Shown here: positions 57,783 through 64,000 of the stretch, piece after piece | Layout of the letters: every line of letters begins with the position of its first letter | How positions within the stretch are numbered: position 1 is the stretch's first letter | DNA from: an uncultured Reyranella sp. | GTDB taxonomy: Bacteria > Pseudomonadota > Alphaproteobacteria > Reyranellales > Reyranellaceae | Direction: 5' to 3' | Length of the DNA: 64,000 bases | Assembly: GCA_964533955.1 (NCBI GenBank) | Contig: CAZHQA010000001.1 | Location: 44 to 64,043, forward strand | The notes under the pieces: model-generated | Seen by the model: the letters and a program-made list of their open reading frames with translations, nothing else | Databases searched by the model: none | What the model was told of the DNA's origin: nothing | Program-made: the position numbers and the translations under genes

Positions 57783-58364
57783 GTGCTGAGCCTCGCTGAA
57801 ATCGTCCGCGGCACGCGGGGTGCGCTCGGGTTCCTGAGGCTCGATCGTGCGGCACTGCTCGATTTCGACAACACCATGGCCGCCTGCCTGCGCTCGTTCC
57901 GGCTCATGATCGTGGTCGCGCCGTTGCAGGTGTGCGCCCTGCTGCTGCGCTATTCGGAGGCTGCATACACCGCCGACGACATGGAGGTCGTGCTGGTCGA
58001 GGCGCTGCACTACGTCGTCGACTGGCTGATCTTCCCGGTGATCTTCTACGAAATCGCCCGGCTGCGCGGCTGGCTCGACAAGTATCCGCGCTACATCTCG
58101 GCCATCAACTGGATGAACCTGCCGGGCATGGTGATCGCCCTTGGCGCGCTGCTCACGGCCTCGGTGCTGCCTGCCATGGCCGGCGACACGCTGAAGCTCA
58201 TCCTGCAGGCATTCGTTCTCTACTGGATGGTCGCCACCACGCGGCTGGCCCTTGATGTGAGCTGGCCGATATCGGTGCTGATGATGGCGGTCAACTGGCT
58301 GCCGTCGGAGATCCTGTCACTGATCGTCGACCGTTTCCTCGGCGTCAGCGCGATCGCCACCTAG
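57783..58364 (+). CDS. integral membrane protein, function unknown
   Basis: GTG start 11 nt after the dapE stop. Four to five hydrophobic segments (LMIVVAPLQVCALLL, VVDWLIFPVIFY, GMVIALGALLTASVL, LILQAFVLYWMV). Its 3' end overlaps truA by 48 nt, convergently. Confidence 0.55.
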   Translation: MLSLAEIVRGTRGALGFLRLDRAALLDFDNTMAACLRSFRLMIVVAPLQVCALLLRYSEAAYTADDMEVVLVEALHYVVDWLIFPVIFYEIARLRGWLDKYPRYISAINWMNLPGMVIALGALLTASVLPAMAGDTLKLILQAFVLYWMVATTRLALDVSWPISVLMMAVNWLPSEILSLIVDRFLGVSAIAT

Positions 58365-59120
58365 GCCGCCGGTCGGGGCAGCCGCGTAGCGCACCTCCAT
58401 CAGGCAAAGACCGACCGGTGGCGCAGTCGGCCCGGCGCGCGTTCGGTCGCGCGCCGCCAGCGCCGCCTCGACGTCGCTCTTGCTCCACTGCCCGCGACCG
58501 ACCAGCTGGAGAGTGCCGACCAGTATGCGCACCTGGTTGTGCAGGAAGGAGCGCGAGCCGACCTCGATGTCGATCTCCTCGCCGTCGCGCTCGACCGTCA
58601 GCAGATCGAGCGTCTTGATCGATGTCCTGGACTGGCAGGCGACCGAGCGGAAGCTGTTGAAGTCGTGATTGCCGACCAGCACCGACGCCGCGTCGGCCAT
58701 CGCTCTGTCATCGAGCACCACCGGCACGTGCCAGACCTGGTTGCGATCGAGGGCGGCCGGCGCGCGTCTGTTGAGGATGCGATAGCGATAGCGCCGCCAG
58801 GTCGCCGAGAAGCGGGCGTGGAAGCCGGGCGGGGCGATCTCGACATTGGGGACCACGATGGGCAGCGGCTTGAGGTGGAAGTTGAGGGCGCCACGCACTT
58901 CCTCGACGGGCTTTTCGGCCGCGAGGTCGAAATGCGCCACCTGGCCGCGTGCATGGACGCCGGCGTCGGTGCGGCCGGCGCACTGGACATGCACGCGCTC
59001 GGCGGTGAAGGCGAAGATCGCATCCTCGATCGCCGCCTGGATCGACGGGCCGGTATCCTGCCGCTGCCAGCCGACGAACGGGCCGCCGTCGTATTCGATC
59101 GCGATCTTGTAGCGCGGCAC
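58317..59120 (-). CDS. truA: tRNA pseudouridine(38-40) synthase
   Basis: IEYDGGPFVGWQRQ and the catalytic AGRTDAGVHARGQVAHF. GTG start 6 nt after the fmt stop. Confidence 0.92.
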   Translation of the reverse strand: MPRYKIAIEYDGGPFVGWQRQDTGPSIQAAIEDAIFAFTAERVHVQCAGRTDAGVHARGQVAHFDLAAEKPVEEVRGALNFHLKPLPIVVPNVEIAPPGFHARFSATWRRYRYRILNRRAPAALDRNQVWHVPVVLDDRAMADAASVLVGNHDFNSFRSVACQSRTSIKTLDLLTVERDGEEIDIEVGSRSFLHNQVRILVGTLQLVGRGQWSKSDVEAALAARDRTRAGPTAPPVGLCLMEVRYAAAPTGGLGGDRADAEETVDDQ

Positions 59121-59126
59121 CTTGGG

Positions 59127-60101
59127 TCAGCTCGGCCGGCTCTGCGGCAGCGACACGACCGAGGGAACGGGAAGCACCGTGCCGGCGGGCAGGGCGAAGC
59201 CGCGCAGGAAGGCGTCGGCGGGCTGGGCAGCCTTGCCCGGCCGCTGCAGTCTGACGAGCTTGAGGCCGCCGACGCTGCACGCCACCAGCGGGAAACCATC
59301 GCGCCCGACGGTGAGCGTGCCCGGCGCGCCGCTCGTCAGCGCGAGCGTTGCCTCGAGCACCTTGATCCGCTCGGTCCCGTGATCCCGGGGCAACTCGAAC
59401 GAAGTGCCGGGCCAGGGATGGAAGGCGCGAACCTTGCGCTCGAGCTCTGCCGCCGGCCGGCGCCAGTCGAGCCGCCCTTCCTCCTTGCCGAGCTTGTGGG
59501 CGTAGGTGACGCCTTCGACCGGCTGCGGCACCGGCTCGATGTTCCTGGCGACCAGCCCGTCGAGCGTCGAGACGATCAGGCTGGCGCCGAGCTTGGCCAG
59601 CCGGTCGTGTACTGTCTGGGCGGTATCGCCGGCGGAGATCGGCGTGCGTTCGGCGAGCAGCATCGGTCCGGTGTCGAGCCCTTCATCCATGCGCATGATG
59701 GTGACGCCGGTCTCGCTGTCGCCGGCCAGGATGGCCCGATGGATCGGCGCGGCGCCGCGCCACCGCGGCAGCAACGAGCCGTGGATGTTGATGCAGCCCA
59801 GCACCGGCGCGTCGAGGAAGATCCTGGGAAGGATGTGGCCGTAGGACACGACCACGGCGGCGTCGAGGTCGAGCGCCTGGAAGGCCGCGGCTTCCTCGGC
59901 ACTCCTGAGAGTCCTGGGCGTACGCACGGGCAGGCCGAGCGTCTCGGCCAGCTGATGCACGGCCGTCTTGCGCTCCTGCTGGCCGCGGCCCGCCGCCTTG
60001 GGGGCGCGCGTGTACACTGCTGCGCAATCGTGGCCGGCATCGACCAGGGCTCGCAGTGCGGGCACGGCGAATTCCGAAGTGCCGAGAAAAGCGATCTTCA
60101 T
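59127..60101 (-). CDS. fmt: methionyl-tRNA formyltransferase
   Basis: MKIAFLGTSEFAVPAL and NIHGSLLPRWRGAAPI. Length 324 aa. Confidence 0.93.
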   Translation of the reverse strand: MKIAFLGTSEFAVPALRALVDAGHDCAAVYTRAPKAAGRGQQERKTAVHQLAETLGLPVRTPRTLRSAEEAAAFQALDLDAAVVVSYGHILPRIFLDAPVLGCINIHGSLLPRWRGAAPIHRAILAGDSETGVTIMRMDEGLDTGPMLLAERTPISAGDTAQTVHDRLAKLGASLIVSTLDGLVARNIEPVPQPVEGVTYAHKLGKEEGRLDWRRPAAELERKVRAFHPWPGTSFELPRDHGTERIKVLEATLALTSGAPGTLTVGRDGFPLVACSVGGLKLVRLQRPGKAAQPADAFLRGFALPAGTVLPVPSVVSLPQSRPS

Positions 60102-60236
60102 TGCCGCCTCTTATAGGCAGCCGAACGGGACTGAGCTAGGTATGGCCAGCGCCGATTTCGCCCCGGTGGAACCGCGTGCGGTTGTGCCTGGGCGGAAGCA
60201 CGTGAGACGAGGCGCCTCGATCGATATGTCTAGGTA

Positions 60237-61394
60237 ATGGACTCCGATACCCACACGACCGGCAACGGGCCGCTCGCCAATCTGACGGCGCGACGAGTCG
60301 CAGGCCAGGTCCAGGCCGATCCGGTGCAGGAGAAGATCGTGTTGCGCCTGCAGGCCCTGCACGAGCAGCTGGCGGCCATGACGTCCGAGCCGCCCAGGCC
60401 CGGCTTGTGGGCCCGGCTCGGGCTGGCACGCGCGCCCAAGCCGCTGCAGGGCCCGCATGGTCTTTACATCTGGGGACCGGTCGGCCGCGGCAAGTCGATG
60501 CTGATGGACCTTTTCTTCGGCGATGCGCCGGTCACGAGAAAGCGGCGTGTGCATTTTCACGAGTTCATGCTCGAGGTGCACGATCGCCTGCATCGCCGTC
60601 GCGAGGAGCTGGCGGCCAAGGGCGCTCCGCCGGAAGCCGACACCATCGTCCCGGTGGCCAAGGATATCGCGGCCGAGACGCGGTTGCTGTGCTTCGACGA
60701 GTTCCAGGTCACCAACATCGCCGACGCCATGATCCTGGGCCGCCTGTTCGAGACGCTGTTCGACCAGGGCGTCACGGTCGTGGCGACGTCGAACCGCGCG
60801 CCCGACGATCTCTACAAGAACGGCCTGCAGCGCGACCGCTTCCTGCCCTTCATCGATCTGCTCAAGCAGCGGCTGGAGATCCTCGAGCTGGGCGGCGGCC
60901 ACGACTACCGCATGGACCGCCTGCGCGAGCTCGACGTCTATCTGACACCGCTCGGGGCGTGGGCCAGTGCCAGGCTCGACGAGACGTTCCGTGCCTTGTC
61001 GGGCGGCGCCGACGGCGAGCCGCGCGTGCTGCGCACACAGGGCCGCGACGTCGACGTGCCGCGCGCCGCGCCCGGAATCGCCATGGCGCACTACCTCGAC
61101 TGGTGTGCCAAGCCTATGGGCGCCGCCGACTTCCTCTGCATCGCCGACAACTTCCACACCGTGATCTTGGCCGACATTCCCAGGATGGGTCCGGACAGCC
61201 AGGACAAGGCGGCGCGCTTCGTCACCATGATCGACACGTTCTACGAGAAGAAGGTGAAGTTCATCTGCTCTGCCGCCTCGCCGCCCGACAGGCTCTATCT
61301 CGAGGGCGACGGCGCCTTCGAATTCCAGCGCACCGTCTCGCGCCTGATGGAGATGCAGAGCCCGGAATACCTGGCCCTGGAGCACATCGCCTGA
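60237..61394 (+). CDS. zapE: AFG1/ZapE-family ATPase
   Basis: Walker A GLYIWGPVGRGKSMLMD, Walker B LLCFDEFQV, and the VATSNRAPDDLY motif. Confidence 0.88.
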   Translation: MDSDTHTTGNGPLANLTARRVAGQVQADPVQEKIVLRLQALHEQLAAMTSEPPRPGLWARLGLARAPKPLQGPHGLYIWGPVGRGKSMLMDLFFGDAPVTRKRRVHFHEFMLEVHDRLHRRREELAAKGAPPEADTIVPVAKDIAAETRLLCFDEFQVTNIADAMILGRLFETLFDQGVTVVATSNRAPDDLYKNGLQRDRFLPFIDLLKQRLEILELGGGHDYRMDRLRELDVYLTPLGAWASARLDETFRALSGGADGEPRVLRTQGRDVDVPRAAPGIAMAHYLDWCAKPMGAADFLCIADNFHTVILADIPRMGPDSQDKAARFVTMIDTFYEKKVKFICSAASPPDRLYLEGDGAFEFQRTVSRLMEMQSPEYLALEHIA

Positions 61395-61413
61395 CGAGTG
61401 ATATGAGGGAGGC

Positions 61414-62274
61414 ATGGTCCAAACCACCAGTCTCACGACCCGTTCCGGCCTGACATTCACGGCCGATGTCGCCGGGCCACCCGGCGGCGATCTGGTGCTG
61501 CTGTTGCACGGCTTTCCCGAATCGCGTCACAGCTGGCGCGAAGCGCTGCCGGCGCTGGCGGCGGCCGGCTATCGCGCCGTTGCGCCCGATCAGCGTGGCT
61601 ATTCGCCCGGCGCGCGGCCCGATCCGGCGGCGCTCGCCAACTATGCCTTCGACAAGCTGGTGGCGGACGCGATCGAGATCGCCGCGGCTGCGGGCCGCGA
61701 AAGCGGGCGCTTCCACCTGGTCGGCCACGACTGGGGTGGGCAGGTGTCGTGGGGTGTGGCGTGCGCCCATCCCGAGCGGCTCGCCTCGCTCACCGTGCTG
61801 TCGCGGCCGCATCCGCTGTCCTTCCGGCGCGCGCTGCAGAAGCCCGGTGGCGATCAGCAGCACCGTTCGCGCCATCACGGCAAGTTCCTCGACGCCGACA
61901 CCGGCCGGCTGCTGGTCGAGGACAATGCGCGGCGTCTGCGCGAGGGGCTGTTCGGCCATGACGTGTCGCGCGGCGCGATCGAGGACCACGTCGCCATCCT
62001 GGGAAATCCGGCGGCCATCGAAGCGGCGCTCGCCTGGTATCGCGCCAACAAGGGCCTGTCGGGTGAGTTCGGCACGATCAAGGTGCCGACGCTCTACATC
62101 TGGGGCGACAAGGACGCGACCGTCGGTCCCGACGCCGCGCACGGCACGGGAGAGTTCATCGGCGCGGCCTACGGTATGGAGGTGCTGCCGGGAGTCGGCC
62201 ATTTCGTCATGGACCAGGCAGCGGCCAAGGCCACCGAATTGATGCTGGCGCACATGAAGAAGCACGCGGTCTGA
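61414..62274 (+). CDS. alpha/beta hydrolase (epoxide hydrolase/haloalkane dehalogenase-like)
   Basis: [14 protein letters not shown], the nucleophile motif LVGHDWGG, and C-terminal GVGHFVMDQ. Confidence 0.85.
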   Translation: MVQTTSLTTRSGLTFTADVAGPPGGDLVLLLHGFPESRHSWREALPALAAAGYRAVAPDQRGYSPGARPDPAALANYAFDKLVADAIEIAAAAGRESGRFHLVGHDWGGQVSWGVACAHPERLASLTVLSRPHPLSFRRALQKPGGDQQHRSRHHGKFLDADTGRLLVEDNARRLREGLFGHDVSRGAIEDHVAILGNPAAIEAALAWYRANKGLSGEFGTIKVPTLYIWGDKDATVGPDAAHGTGEFIGAAYGMEVLPGVGHFVMDQAAAKATELMLAHMKKHAV

Positions 62275-63200
62275 TGCGAAGCCTCCTCGTTGCAGCGATC
62301 GCGGCGACAGCACTGGCCAATGGCGCGGCGCTGGCCCATGGCGACCACGACACCGGCACGGCACACGGCGCGCAGCCGCAGGAGAACTGGTGGCTCGATC
62401 TCGTGCCGCGTGCCGCCGCGGCCGAACGCATGGAGATCGACGAGCGCGGTGGCTTTCGCCTCATCAAGGCCGACGGCCTGCCCAACCATGCGACCGGCCA
62501 GTTCCCCAATCCCGGCAACCCCAATCGCATTTCCCAGCAGTCCTACGCCTTTCGCATGCCGCTGCGCCCCTCCAGGACCGGTCGCCCCGTCTTCTACCGG
62601 CCCAACAATCTGTTCGGCGTGGCGATCAACGGCGTGGTGTTCGATCCCAACACGGCGGAATTCTGGAACAACGATCCGCGCTCGGGTTGGATGATCGAGG
62701 CTTTGTCGGGAGCGGTGCCCCTTGGCATGGATGCCAACAACGCGCACGTGCAGCCCGACGGCGCCTATCACTACCACGGCATCCCGGTCGGGCTGGTCGA
62801 CAAGCTCGGTACGCGCGACGGGCTGACACTGGTCGGCTGGGCCGCCGACGGCTTTCCGATCTACGTCGATGGCCGCCTCAAGCCAAGCTGGCGATTGAAG
62901 ACGGCGCGCGATGCGGGCGGACCGTCCGGCAAGCCCGACGGCACCTACGCACGGGATTACGAATACAGTTCGGGCCTCGGCGATCTCGACGAATGCAACG
63001 GTCGTGAAGGCGCGACGCCGGAATTTCCTCAAGGCACATACTACTACGTGCTGACCGTGAAATTCCCGCATGTGCCGCGCTGCTTCGTCGGCACACCCGA
63101 TGCCAGCTTCGTGAAACAGCTCGGCCCGCCGCCGGGCCGGCCCGGCGGGCCCGGTGGACGGCCACCGCCACCGCCCGGCGGACCGCCACCACCCCGGTAG
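62274..63200 (+). CDS. secreted YHYH-domain protein with Pro/Gly-rich C-terminal tail
   Basis: TGATG overlap with the previous gene. Signal peptide [38 protein letters not shown], and the tail GPPPGRPGGPGGRPPPPPGGPPPPR. Confidence 0.75.
   Translation: MRSLLVAAIAATALANGAALAHGDHDTGTAHGAQPQENWWLDLVPRAAAAERMEIDERGGFRLIKADGLPNHATGQFPNPGNPNRISQQSYAFRMPLRPSRTGRPVFYRPNNLFGVAINGVVFDPNTAEFWNNDPRSGWMIEALSGAVPLGMDANNAHVQPDGAYHYHGIPVGLVDKLGTRDGLTLVGWAADGFPIYVDGRLKPSWRLKTARDAGGPSGKPDGTYARDYEYSSGLGDLDECNGREGATPEFPQGTYYYVLTVKFPHVPRCFVGTPDASFVKQLGPPPGRPGGPGGRPPPPPGGPPPPR

Positions 63201-64000
<800 letters not shown>

Overview
High-GC, densely coding chromosomal segment with alphaproteobacterial hallmarks: ccrM, an F0-only ATP synthase operon with b and b' subunits, type-II thrB next to ispH and rnhA, the mutY / DUF721-dsbA-smc locus, and a two-subunit glycine dehydrogenase. 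I call about 68 protein-coding genes, one tRNA-Ser truncated at the left edge, one tandem glycine riboswitch, a few intrinsic terminators and two copies of a palindromic intergenic repeat. I saw no rRNA, CRISPR array, transposase, integrase or phage genes. Most of the window is housekeeping: lepA, pheST, rplT-rpmI, infC-thrS, ispH-thrB-rnhA, gcvT-H-PA-PB, atpI-B-E-F'-F, rnhB, ccrM, mutY, smc, dapE, truA-fmt, zapE, mdh. The long ORFs lying antisense to these genes are GC-driven shadow ORFs. The regions worth a second look are listed here. (1) A tightly coupled four-gene operon at 28011-32593. It encodes a Tat-exported His-rich beta-propeller that looks like a thiocyanate-dehydrogenase / NosZ-CuZ-type copper enzyme, a MacB/FtsX-type ABC pump and an orphan bitopic protein. 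(2) A cysteine-dioxygenase-like cupin fused to four rhodanese domains (37688-39910), with a stand-alone CDO-like gene nearby. (3) A CDGSH / lipoprotein / HdrD-like Fe-S operon joined by ATGA overlaps (17637-19758). (4) A small acidic ORF translationally coupled to a TetR gene, behind a near-consensus promoter full of palindromes (20339-20570). (5) An apparent in-frame fusion of a DUF721 (DciA-type) domain to a DsbA domain (50983-52059). All functional calls come from motif recognition by eye. No database search was run.
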